This document shows, in pieces, positions 1-8,218 of a stretch of DNA of 64,000 nt. The stretch's first letter is position 1. Every line of letters starts with the position of its first letter. The position numbers and the translations under genes were made by a program. Origin of the DNA: an uncultured Cytophagales bacterium (GTDB lineage: Bacteria > Bacteroidota > Bacteroidia > Cytophagales > Spirosomataceae); the NCBI GenBank assembly GCA_963826425.1, contig CAWGWS010000002.1:40293-104292 (forward strand), given 5' to 3'. The notes under the pieces are model-generated. The model was not told the DNA's origin. It was given only the letters and a program-made list of their open reading frames with translations, and ran no database searches.

Positions 1-809
1 GCAATGCTCCGGCGGGTGGTAGCGGTATGCAGTATTTTGTAGGCCGATTTGACGGGAAGACCTTTGTAAGTGAAAGCAAACCCGGCGAGCCGCGCTACGT
101 GGACTATGGCAAGGATTACTACGCGGCCATTACCTACAACAACCTGCCTGTCCGCGGCAACCGGGGGCCCATCAGCATTGGCTGGATGAACAACTGGCAG
201 TACGCCAACGACCTGCCCACTACGGTGTTTCGGGGGGCTATGACCCTGCCCCGCGAGCTGAAATTAGCGGGGCAGACCGATGGCAAAAGTACACGCTATC
301 ACCTGCGGCAGCGTCCCGTGCAGGAGTTAAAGCAGCTTCTGGATACGCCGTTCCGGATGATAGGTACCGATGTGGCGGCCTTTAACCGGCAGCTTGCCTA
401 CGCCGAACCGCTCACCGATGCGTATCTGCTCACGGCCGAACTGGAGACAAAAGCCGGCGACAAAGACTACCGGATTCTGCTGCATAAAAACCCGCAGAAC
501 GATGACGACGCTACCGTGATTGGGTACGACATGATTAAACAGCAACTGTATGTTGACCGAAGCCGGGTTGGGCAGGCCAGCTTTCACAAGGACTTTCCAG
601 GACGCTACACTGCCCCGCTGAAACCACAAAACGGACGCGTGAGTCTGCAAATCTGGGTTGACCGCTCGTCGGTAGAGGTATTTGCCAACGACGGGGCTGT
701 GACCATGACCAATCAGGTGTTTCCCGATCCGGCCAACACCGGTATCCGGCTCCTCGGCAACGGCTGGCAGGCCGTAACGATCCATCCGGTGGCGGGCATC
801 TGGCGATGA
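1..809 (+). CDS. Glycoside hydrolase family 32 (levanase / beta-fructofuranosidase-like), C-terminal part; 5' end lies outside the window
   Basis: The frame is open from the window edge (codons from nt 3), so the ORF-track Met at 27 is internal. Motifs FVGRFDGKTF, YVDYGKDYYAA and IGWMNNWQYAN plus a C-terminal beta-sandwich-like tail fit GH32. Confidence 0.8.
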   Translation, partial: NAPAGGSGMQYFVGRFDGKTFVSESKPGEPRYVDYGKDYYAAITYNNLPVRGNRGPISIGWMNNWQYANDLPTTVFRGAMTLPRELKLAGQTDGKSTRYHLRQRPVQELKQLLDTPFRMIGTDVAAFNRQLAYAEPLTDAYLLTAELETKAGDKDYRILLHKNPQNDDDATVIGYDMIKQQLYVDRSRVGQASFHKDFPGRYTAPLKPQNGRVSLQIWVDRSSVEVFANDGAVTMTNQVFPDPANTGIRLLGNGWQAVTIHPVAGIWR

Positions 810-888
810 TGATGCCTTAAATTTTCTTAAATTGGGCCGTTGCGCGGTCTATTGCGTTAAATTTGTTCATCTAAACACGAACCCCTGA

Positions 889-1770
889 ATGGCTCGTAAG
901 AAGAAAAAAGTAGGGATGTACCCCAGCGGTATGATTTTGTTCAGCCTGACGCTGGCTTTGTTTCTAATCGGTTTCTGCGGGATGCTGGCCGTGCAGTCCA
1001 AACGGCTCGTTACGTTTATTCGTGAGAACTACGAGATGCGGGCTTTTCTGGATAAGGACCTCAGCAAAGCCCAGTCCGAGACGTTGTTCAACATATTGGC
1101 CAATAAGCCATTTGTCCTGACAACCAGCGGGCAACCGCAGGTTACCCTGGTATCGAAAGAGGACGCAGCCAAAGAGTTTGTGGCCGAAACGAAAGAGGAT
1201 TTCTCGAAGTTTTTAGACGAAAACCCCCTGCGTGACAGCTATCGGATCAAGCTCAACGAGGAGTATTTTGACGAAGGGAAATTACAGGGTGTAAAGCAGG
1301 ACATCGAAAAAATAGACGGCGTGTTTGAGGTGGTGTACCAGGAAAACCTGGTCGATAGTATTAACCGAAACATTACCCGCATTTATGTGATCATGTCGGC
1401 CTTTGCGCTGGTGCTGCTGATCATCATTGTGGTGCTGATGAACAATACCATTCGGCTGGCGTTGCACTCGCAGCGGATGTTAATCCGGAGTATGCAACTG
1501 GTGGGAGCTACCAACGGGTTTATTACCCGGCCGTTTTTAGGACGGGGTATCTGGCAGGGGTTTCTGGCTGGGATTATTGCGGTTGTACTGCTGTTGATTG
1601 CGCTTCAGCTTGCCATCCGCAGCCTGCCCGAGCTGGCCGCCTTTCAGGACTATGAAAAGCTGGTACTGCTTTTGGCCGGGCTGGTTGGTCTGGGCGTGGT
1701 CATTGGATTTCTGAGTACGTTTCAGGCCGTAAACCGCTACCTCGGTCTGTCGCTGGACGATTTACATTAA
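889..1770 (+). CDS. ftsX: Cell division permease-like protein FtsX
   Basis: 293 aa with a basic N-terminus and TM helix, a large extracytoplasmic loop and three C-terminal TM helices. It sits in the conserved Bacteroidota order ftsX-DUF3098-uppP-truB. Confidence 0.85.
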   Translation: MARKKKKVGMYPSGMILFSLTLALFLIGFCGMLAVQSKRLVTFIRENYEMRAFLDKDLSKAQSETLFNILANKPFVLTTSGQPQVTLVSKEDAAKEFVAETKEDFSKFLDENPLRDSYRIKLNEEYFDEGKLQGVKQDIEKIDGVFEVVYQENLVDSINRNITRIYVIMSAFALVLLIIIVVLMNNTIRLALHSQRMLIRSMQLVGATNGFITRPFLGRGIWQGFLAGIIAVVLLLIALQLAIRSLPELAAFQDYEKLVLLLAGLVGLGVVIGFLSTFQAVNRYLGLSLDDLH

Positions 1771-1783
1771 ACGAAAAGAACAT

Positions 1784-2134
1784 ATGGCAACGAAAGAAAA
1801 ACGTACCGGTGCGGCCCTGAACATCCCCGATGAACCGACCCGGAAAATTCCTCCAATTCCCAACACACCGGTTTCCGGGGAGCCAAAAACCACGCCAGCA
1901 CGGCCGGTAGCGGCCGCGCCCGTTTCGCCCGCTGCCGCGCTGCCGTTTGGTCGGCGTAACTACACCATCATGCTGGTGGGCATCGGCGTAATCCTGCTCG
2001 GGTTCTTCATTATGAGCCTCGACAAAGAAGAATTTGGCTTTGGCTTTCTGGGCCTGACCCTCGGCCCAATTGTGGTGATGAGCGGCTTTATGCTGGAGTT
2101 TTTCGCCATCCTGAGCCGACCCAAAACCAGGTAG
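1784..2134 (+). CDS. DUF3098 family small membrane protein
   Basis: 116 aa with a Pro-rich N-terminus followed by two TM helices (NYTIMLVGIGVILLGFFIM and LTLGPIVVMSGFMLEFFAIL). It starts 13 nt after ftsX. Confidence 0.78.
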   Translation: MATKEKRTGAALNIPDEPTRKIPPIPNTPVSGEPKTTPARPVAAAPVSPAAALPFGRRNYTIMLVGIGVILLGFFIMSLDKEEFGFGFLGLTLGPIVVMSGFMLEFFAILSRPKTR

Positions 2135-2227
2135 TTGTAAAGTTATAGAGTCATAAAGTTGTAAAGTTCCTCTGGAGTCTGCCAACTTTACGACTCTATA
2201 GCCGCCTTGGCGGATCACTTACAACTT
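2135..2227. repeat. Intergenic repeat cluster: TTGTAAAGTT-type motif in four copies and a 17-bp imperfect inverted repeat
   Basis: Direct copies of TTGTAAAGTT lie at 2135-2144 and 2159-2168. Inverted, degenerate copies lie at 2184-2193 and 2218-2227. TATAGAGTCATAAAGTT (2144-2160) pairs with AACTTTACGACTCTATA (2184-2200) with one mismatch. A small CCGCC-TT-GGCGG hairpin follows at about 2202-2213. Confidence 0.6.
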
Positions 2228-2232
2228 TTTTG

Positions 2233-3078
2233 ATGGAGTTAATTCATGCCATTGTCCTGGCCATTATTGAAGGACTTACCGAATTTCTGCCCATTTCCTC
2301 GACCGGGCACATGATTATCTATTCGTCGCTGGCAGGTATTGCGGGTAACGAGTTCACCAAGCTTTACACGGTCGATATTCAGTTCGGCTGTATCCTGTCG
2401 GTGCTGGTGCTCTACCACCGCCGGTTCCTGACCGACACCCGCACCGGCGATGTGCCCTTGCCCAACTGGGTGAAGTCGCTGCCGGAAAAGATGCAGAAGC
2501 TGGCCGATTTCTACGCTAAAATTCTGATTGCGTTCCTGCCCGCTGCCGTGATCGGTTTGCTGCTGAATGATTTTATCGACTCGCTGCTTGAGAATGTGAC
2601 CGTTGTGGCCATTACGCTCTTACTGGGCGGTATCCTGCTGGTGTTTATCGATAAAATTCTGGCCGAACAGCCCAAGGATCATGATGTTACGGCTTCGGAT
2701 GCCCTGAAAATCGGCTTTTTCCAGTGCCTGGCCATGGTGCCGGGGGTTTCACGGTCGGCAGCAACCATCATTGGGGGTATGACGCAGGGGCTGAGCCGGA
2801 AGCAGGCGGCTGAGTTCTCATTCTTTCTGGCGGTACCCACTATGGCGGCTGCCTCGGGCTACAAGCTGCTCAAAACCTACAAGCTGCTGCAACCCGACGA
2901 CTACCAGATTCTGTTGCTGGGCAACGGCATTGCGTTTGTAGTGGGTTTGCTGGCCATTCGGGGATTCGTCAGCTTCCTGACCCGCTACGGATTCAAAGTG
3001 TTTGGCTACTACCGTATTGCGCTTGGCCTGCTGTTGTTGGGTTTGATGGCGTCGGGTGTAAAACTGGATGTGCTTTAA
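2233..3078 (+). CDS. uppP: Undecaprenyl-diphosphate phosphatase (UppP/BacA)
   Basis: Both UppP signature regions are present (EGLTEFLPISSTGHM and PGVSRSAATI), with many TM segments. The ORF-track start at 2230 is TTG; I took the ATG at 2233. Confidence 0.9.
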   Translation: MELIHAIVLAIIEGLTEFLPISSTGHMIIYSSLAGIAGNEFTKLYTVDIQFGCILSVLVLYHRRFLTDTRTGDVPLPNWVKSLPEKMQKLADFYAKILIAFLPAAVIGLLLNDFIDSLLENVTVVAITLLLGGILLVFIDKILAEQPKDHDVTASDALKIGFFQCLAMVPGVSRSAATIIGGMTQGLSRKQAAEFSFFLAVPTMAAASGYKLLKTYKLLQPDDYQILLLGNGIAFVVGLLAIRGFVSFLTRYGFKVFGYYRIALGLLLLGLMASGVKLDVL

Positions 3079-3790
3079 TTTTCCTGCCGTGTCTCCCTCC
3101 AACGAACAACAACCCGACCCCGGCCAGCTCATCCTGATTGACAAGCCCCTTACGTGGACCTCGTTTGACGTGGTCAAAAAGCTGAAATACGCCGGGAAGT
3201 TCAAGAAAATTGGCCATGCCGGCACGCTTGACCCGCTGGCTACGGGACTGCTAATCCTGTGTACGGGAAAAATGACCAAGCAGATCGATCAGTATCAGGC
3301 TCAGGAAAAGGAGTATACCGGTACGCTCGTGCTGGGTAAAACTACCCCGTCTGTCGATCTGGAAACTGCTTTTGATGCCGAGTTCGACACCGCCGGAATC
3401 ACACCCGACCAAATCCGGGAAGCTACCCGTCAGCTCACCGGCGACATTCTGCAGGTGCCGCCCATCTACTCGGCCATTCGGGTAGGGGGGGAGCGGCTCT
3501 ACGAGAAGGCCCGGCGGGGTGAAACTACCGACCAAATTGAAGGCGGGATCAAAAGCCGTCAGGTAACGGTATCGGTATTTGAGGTCAACACCGATCGGTT
3601 TCCCGACGTTGATTTTCGCATTGTGTGTTCCAAAGGCACGTACATTCGCAGTCTGGTGCGTGATCTGGGCCTTTTGCTCACCAACGGAGCCTACATGACC
3701 GCACTCCGCCGGACCCGCATTGGTGACTTCCGCATCGAAGATGCGGATACGATTGAGGAGTTTATTGCAAAGCAAGTCGTCGGTTCATAG
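3068..3790 (+). CDS. truB: tRNA pseudouridine(55) synthase TruB
   Basis: LILIDKPLTWTSFDVV, GHAGTLDPLATGLL (catalytic Asp motif) and YSAIRVGGERLYEKAR are present. The start overlaps the uppP stop by 11 nt. Confidence 0.9.
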   Translation: MCFNFPAVSPSNEQQPDPGQLILIDKPLTWTSFDVVKKLKYAGKFKKIGHAGTLDPLATGLLILCTGKMTKQIDQYQAQEKEYTGTLVLGKTTPSVDLETAFDAEFDTAGITPDQIREATRQLTGDILQVPPIYSAIRVGGERLYEKARRGETTDQIEGGIKSRQVTVSVFEVNTDRFPDVDFRIVCSKGTYIRSLVRDLGLLLTNGAYMTALRRTRIGDFRIEDADTIEEFIAKQVVGS

Positions 3791-3890
3791 ACCTGAATCG
3801 TCTGCATGGTCATGCTTCCTGTTCAGTGACAGCCCACTGCATGGCGACCGACACCGATTGACTGACTGACTGTAACTGACCAGGAATAAA

Positions 3891-4838
3891 ATGCTCGTAC
3901 ACCGTGGTTTCGAAAATCTTCAACCTCTCCCCAACGCCGTTGTCACGAGCGGTACCTTCGACGGCGTGCACCGGGGGCACCAGACCATTCTGACCCGGCT
4001 TACCGAGGTAGCCCACATCAGTAACGGCCAGTCGGTACTGATTACCTACTGGCCGCACCCCCGCACGGTAGTCTCGAATGACAGTCAGGACCTGAAACTT
4101 TTATCGACACTGGACGAGAAAGTGGAGCTGGTCGAAGCGGCCGGGGTCGATCACCTGATCGTGATTTCTTTCACACGCTCGTTCTCGCAACTCACCTCGG
4201 AGCAATACATCCGGCAGATTCTTATCGATAAAATTGGCACCAAAAAGCTTGTTATCGGCTACGATCACCGGTTTGGCCGCGACCGCGAAGGCGGGTTTGA
4301 CTACATCCGGGCGCATCAGCACGAATACGGGTTTGAGGTAGAGGAAATTCCCCGGCAGGATATTGATGCGGTCGGTATCAGCTCGTCTAAAATCCGGGCG
4401 GCTCTCAACGCAGGCGACGTGGAAACGGCCCACCTTTTTCTGGGCCGACCGTACAGCCTGACCGGTACCATTGTGAAAGGACGTCAGCTGGGGCGCACCA
4501 TCGGCTTTCCCACCGCCAACATGCAGGTCGATGATCCCGTCAAACTCATTCCGGCCAATGGCGTCTATGCCGTCGATGTGTTGTATGGCGATCAGGTTCT
4601 GGGCGGAATGCTCAATATCGGTTTCCGGCCAACGGTTGCGGGTACCAATCAAACCATAGAAACCTATATTTTCGACCCCAATTCGGCGGTACGGTTCGAT
4701 AAAGACATCTACGGTGAGCATCTGACCCTGCACTTCCGCCAATTCCTGCGCCCCGAACAGAAATTCAGTGGTCTGCCCGCGCTGGTTGAGCAACTCAACC
4801 AGGACGAAACGGCCGCACGAAAAGCCTTGCAACGATGA
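3891..4838 (+). CDS. ribF: Bifunctional riboflavin kinase / FAD synthetase
   Basis: It has the N-terminal FMN adenylyltransferase motif GTFDGVHRGHQ and the C-terminal riboflavin kinase motifs GFPTAN and ETYIFD. Confidence 0.92.
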   Translation: MLVHRGFENLQPLPNAVVTSGTFDGVHRGHQTILTRLTEVAHISNGQSVLITYWPHPRTVVSNDSQDLKLLSTLDEKVELVEAAGVDHLIVISFTRSFSQLTSEQYIRQILIDKIGTKKLVIGYDHRFGRDREGGFDYIRAHQHEYGFEVEEIPRQDIDAVGISSSKIRAALNAGDVETAHLFLGRPYSLTGTIVKGRQLGRTIGFPTANMQVDDPVKLIPANGVYAVDVLYGDQVLGGMLNIGFRPTVAGTNQTIETYIFDPNSAVRFDKDIYGEHLTLHFRQFLRPEQKFSGLPALVEQLNQDETAARKALQR

Positions 4839-5131
4839 GCCACGCACCCAGTCCTAATCCGCCGGTTCCGCTGACGCTCACCGAACGCTTAGCGGCCGAC
4901 CGTACCCGGCTGGCCAACGAACGCACGCTTATGGCGTCTGTTCGCACGGCTCTGGGGTTGGTAGCTGCTGGCACGGGATTCGGCAAATACCTGGACGAAC
5001 CGCTGTTACGCGTAATCTTCATCCTGTTTATTCCGGCGGGCATCGTTGTGCTGGCTCTTGGTATTGTCAGCTATCGAAAGCGTAAAAAAGGGCTGAGCCG
5101 TTACGTCGAGGAGCCACCGCAGTCTGATTAG
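4835..5131 (+). CDS. DUF202 (YidH-like) small membrane protein
   Basis: ATGA start/stop overlap with ribF. It carries the DUF202 pattern ERLAADRTRLANERTLMASVRTAL followed by TM helices. Confidence 0.75.
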   Translation: MSHAPSPNPPVPLTLTERLAADRTRLANERTLMASVRTALGLVAAGTGFGKYLDEPLLRVIFILFIPAGIVVLALGIVSYRKRKKGLSRYVEEPPQSD

Positions 5132-5139
5132 CTGACAAC

Positions 5140-5176
5140 AAAAAAGCGCCACTACGATGTGTAGTGGCGTTTTTTT
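5140..5176. terminator. Bidirectional intrinsic terminator between the DUF202 gene (+) and the deaD-like gene (-)
   Basis: An A-run (5140-5145) is followed by stem GCGCCACTAC (5146-5155) pairing with GTAGTGGCGT (5161-5170), a 5-nt loop, and a T-run (5170-5176). Confidence 0.75.
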
Positions 5177-5198
5177 GTATTGGTTGAAGCAAGTCCGT

Positions 5199-7574
5199 TT
5201 ACTGCGTTACTTCGATGCTGATCCGGCGGCCTTTGATGGTGTTGCCTTCCATGGCATCAACCACACGGTCGGCTACGTCTTTCGGTACATCAACGTAGGT
5301 GTATTTATCGAAGATGTCGATGCTGCCGATCATGCTGCCCGAGATGTTGGCTTCGCCCGCAATAGCCCCGACGATGTCGCCCGGACGGACGAAATCCTTG
5401 CGGCCAATGCTCACCATCAGGCGGGTCATGTTGGCTTCACGCTCACGCGGTGCCCGGTCCCGGTCCGATGATTTGCGGTCGTCACCACCCCTTGTGTCGC
5501 GGTCGTTAAAGCGCGGGCGGTCGTTATCACGGTCGTTGAAACGCGGACGGTCACTGGTAGCCGCGCGGTCGCCGAAACGGGGACGATCGTTATAACTACC
5601 CCGGTCGTTGCCCCGGTCACGGTCGCCGAAGCGGGATGAGCTACCACCCCGGTCGAAACGGCCCGTTCCGGCTCCGCTACGTCCGTCGCGGTCAGCGTAG
5701 CGGTCGCGGCCTTCGGTGCGCTCCTTCCGGCGATCTTCATCGAGGGCGAGGTTCTGGTCGGCAAACTCGTTTTTCTCCATCCCCATACTCTGCTTCACCA
5801 GCGCACCTACAATCTGCTCGGTCGTGAAACCGGCGTGCTGCAACTGCGTCAGGGTATCGTCGTACAGGCTCAGGTCTTTGCTTTCCTGAATGGTTTTCTG
5901 CACCTGCTCAATAAAGCGGGCCTTACGAATGCCTACGATGTCTTCAAACGATGGTATGACGCCTTTTTCAACCCGTACTTTCGTGTAATTCTGGATGTCG
6001 CGGAAGCGATACTTCTCATCGCGGCCAACCATCGAGAACGCCCGGCCACTCTTGCCGGCGCGGCCTGTGCGGCCAATGCGGTGGACGTAATATTCTTCGT
6101 CGAGCGGAATATCGTAGTTGATCACCGCGTCCACGTCGTCTACGTCAATGCCGCGTGCCGCTACGTCGGTAGCTACCAGAATACTGGTGGTACCGGACCG
6201 GAACTTGCCCATGACATTGTTACGCTGTGCCTGCCGCAGATCGCCGTGCAGCCCCTCGGCCTGGTAGCCCCGGATTTGCAGATCCTCTACAATCTCATCA
6301 ACCTTGCGCTTGGTGTTACAGAACACCAGCAGCAGTTTCAGATCGTACATGTCGATCAGGCGACACATTACCTCGACTTTCGCCTTGGGCTTCACCTCGA
6401 AAAATACCTGCTCGATGTTGGTAGCGGTCAGTTCTTTCTTGACCACTTTTACCAGCACCGGATCGTTCTGGAACTTCTGGGTGATCTGCATGATCGGCTT
6501 CGACATCGTGGCCGAGAACAGAATCGTCTGCCGCTCCTCGGGCATCTCTTCCAGAATGCTTTCAATGTCTTCGCGGAAACCCATGTCGAGCATCTCATCG
6601 GCTTCGTCAAGAATCATCATCTTCACGTTGTCGAGCTTCAGCGTGTTGCGTCGCATGTGGTCCATAACGCGACCGGGCGTGCCGATTACGATATGCACTC
6701 CGGTTTTGAGCGAACGAATCTGCCGATCAATGGAGTCGCCCCCGTAAATGGCTTCGATGCGGACACCACGCTTGTATTTGGCAAGTTTCTTGATTTCTTC
6801 GGCTACCTGCAACGCTAGTTCGCGGGTGGGGCAAAGCACAAGCGTCTGCACCGACCGCTCCTGCACGTCGATCAGGTCAAGGGCGGGAATACCGAAGGCT
6901 GCCGTCTTGCCGGTACCCGTCTGCGCCTGTCCGATCACATCGCGACCGGCCAGAATTGGTGGAATGGCCTCGGCCTGAATTGGCGACGGGCTCGTAAATC
7001 CCATGTCGGTCACAGCCCGTAAAATCTCGTCGGAGATGTCGAGGTTGGCAAACAAAATCTGATTGGGATCGGCGGGTGCCGGAACGGGCTGCTCGGCAGC
7101 GGGTGGCGCTGGCTGTCCCGGAACGGCGGGCTTTAACTTGGGCGCGTCGGTGGCTTTGGCTTCAACCATCGGCGTTTCGGCCACCGTAATGACTTCGGCT
7201 ACCTGCTGGGCTACTTCGGCCGCCGAGACGGGCGTCTCACTGTCCTCATTGGCTGCGTCAGCAGGCGTTTGAGCAACGGCTTCTGCCGGGGCAACGTCCG
7301 TTGGGGCAACCTCGGCTGTGGTAGCTTTGGCTTTCTTTGTTTTAACGGGTTTGGCCAGCTGGTCGGCTTCCGTAACGTCGGCTATGCCGGTGTCTGCCAG
7401 CGGGGCTTCTACGGGTGCGGATTCGGTGGATGCGGCCGTTTTCTTCTTGGTTGTTTTTGCTTTGGCAATTACGCCCTGGAGAGCTTCGCCGTCGTCGGTA
7501 ATGTTGGCGTCGGCAGCAAGTTGAGCCAACAACAGGTCGTCCTGCTCGTCGGTCTTCGTTTTTTTGGTTTTCAT
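5199..7574 (-). CDS. deaD: DEAD-box ATP-dependent RNA helicase, DeaD/CsdA-like, with a long N-terminal low-complexity arm, an RG/DR-rich linker and a C-terminal DbpA-type RNA-binding domain
   Basis: Q-motif region (GFTSPSPIQ), motif I (AQTGTGKT), DEAD (ILDEADEML), SAT, and HRIGRTGRAG are all present. The C-terminus MTRLMVSIGRKDFVRPGDIVGAI... resembles the DbpA RBD. Residues 1 to about 178 are K/A/T/E/P-rich. Confidence 0.9.
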   Translation of the reverse strand: MKTKKTKTDEQDDLLLAQLAADANITDDGEALQGVIAKAKTTKKKTAASTESAPVEAPLADTGIADVTEADQLAKPVKTKKAKATTAEVAPTDVAPAEAVAQTPADAANEDSETPVSAAEVAQQVAEVITVAETPMVEAKATDAPKLKPAVPGQPAPPAAEQPVPAPADPNQILFANLDISDEILRAVTDMGFTSPSPIQAEAIPPILAGRDVIGQAQTGTGKTAAFGIPALDLIDVQERSVQTLVLCPTRELALQVAEEIKKLAKYKRGVRIEAIYGGDSIDRQIRSLKTGVHIVIGTPGRVMDHMRRNTLKLDNVKMMILDEADEMLDMGFREDIESILEEMPEERQTILFSATMSKPIMQITQKFQNDPVLVKVVKKELTATNIEQVFFEVKPKAKVEVMCRLIDMYDLKLLLVFCNTKRKVDEIVEDLQIRGYQAEGLHGDLRQAQRNNVMGKFRSGTTSILVATDVAARGIDVDDVDAVINYDIPLDEEYYVHRIGRTGRAGKSGRAFSMVGRDEKYRFRDIQNYTKVRVEKGVIPSFEDIVGIRKARFIEQVQKTIQESKDLSLYDDTLTQLQHAGFTTEQIVGALVKQSMGMEKNEFADQNLALDEDRRKERTEGRDRYADRDGRSGAGTGRFDRGGSSSRFGDRDRGNDRGSYNDRPRFGDRAATSDRPRFNDRDNDRPRFNDRDTRGGDDRKSSDRDRAPREREANMTRLMVSIGRKDFVRPGDIVGAIAGEANISGSMIGSIDIFDKYTYVDVPKDVADRVVDAMEGNTIKGRRISIEVTQ

Positions 7575-7906
7575 CTGTTATTAGAAAGTTATATGAATAA
7601 ACTTTCCAAGCAAAGACGAGTGTATTCTGGTAATAAGGCGAATTGATACGAATAGCCCAGTGGAAATTGCCCAACGACCCCTCAGGGTCTCAGCCGACCC
7701 GACCCCAGCCTGTCATGGGGGAGAAGACAACAGAAAATTAACCGATCAGCCCACGCGCGAAATAGTCGCTTCGAGTTGTTCCAATTCATGGAACGCCCAG
7801 CCAGAAACCCATCTGTACATCCGTACAAAGTTCTGTCAGACCAAACCCAGCGTGTAAAAAAGGAGAGAGACAGAAACGCGACGGATGCCGCTTGTAAAAT
7901 CTGGTG

Positions 7907-7937
7907 CAAAAGTAAGGCTATTGTGCCAGAAAGCAAG
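7907..7937 (-). promoter_or_regulatory. Candidate Bacteroidota sigma-A-type promoter for the deaD-like gene
   Basis: The minus-strand reads TACTTTTG (7914-7907), an exact match to the -7 consensus TAnnTTTG. A partial -33 element (cTTG, 7937-7934) lies 19 nt upstream. This would give a leader of about 325 nt. The call rests on motif matching only. Confidence 0.25.
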
Positions 7938-8218
7938 CCGAGCGTGGGGTTAAATTGTATTTATTTTAGAATCTGCTAAGAATTGGCATTAACCCGGCCT
8001 TCTTTTGTGTTTAACCGGCATGAGCCCGGCACCGGACCAATACAGGGTACCCGCCGGGGCAGCCCTACTGCTCACCAGCGTGGCTTTTACCGCTTCGGCG
8101 ATACGTCTAACCGGCCCGGCCGAACGTACGGCGATGGTCGGGTTGACAGCAAAGAAAAGGGTTGGTTTTATTCTGCCGTCATGATTGGCAGGGGGGCTAA
8201 GCGTTTTACTCAACCTGA

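Noticed and set aside
4101-4847. 248-aa ORF antisense to ribF; similar cases at 21731-22558, 19253-20047, 40894-41460 and 41464-42153
   Set aside because: All lie fully within strongly supported genes on the other strand and have shadow-ORF composition.
5835-6818. 327-aa ORF, plus several shorter ones, antisense to the DeaD-like helicase
   Set aside because: The helicase motifs on the minus strand are unambiguous. The antisense products are low-complexity and lack motifs.
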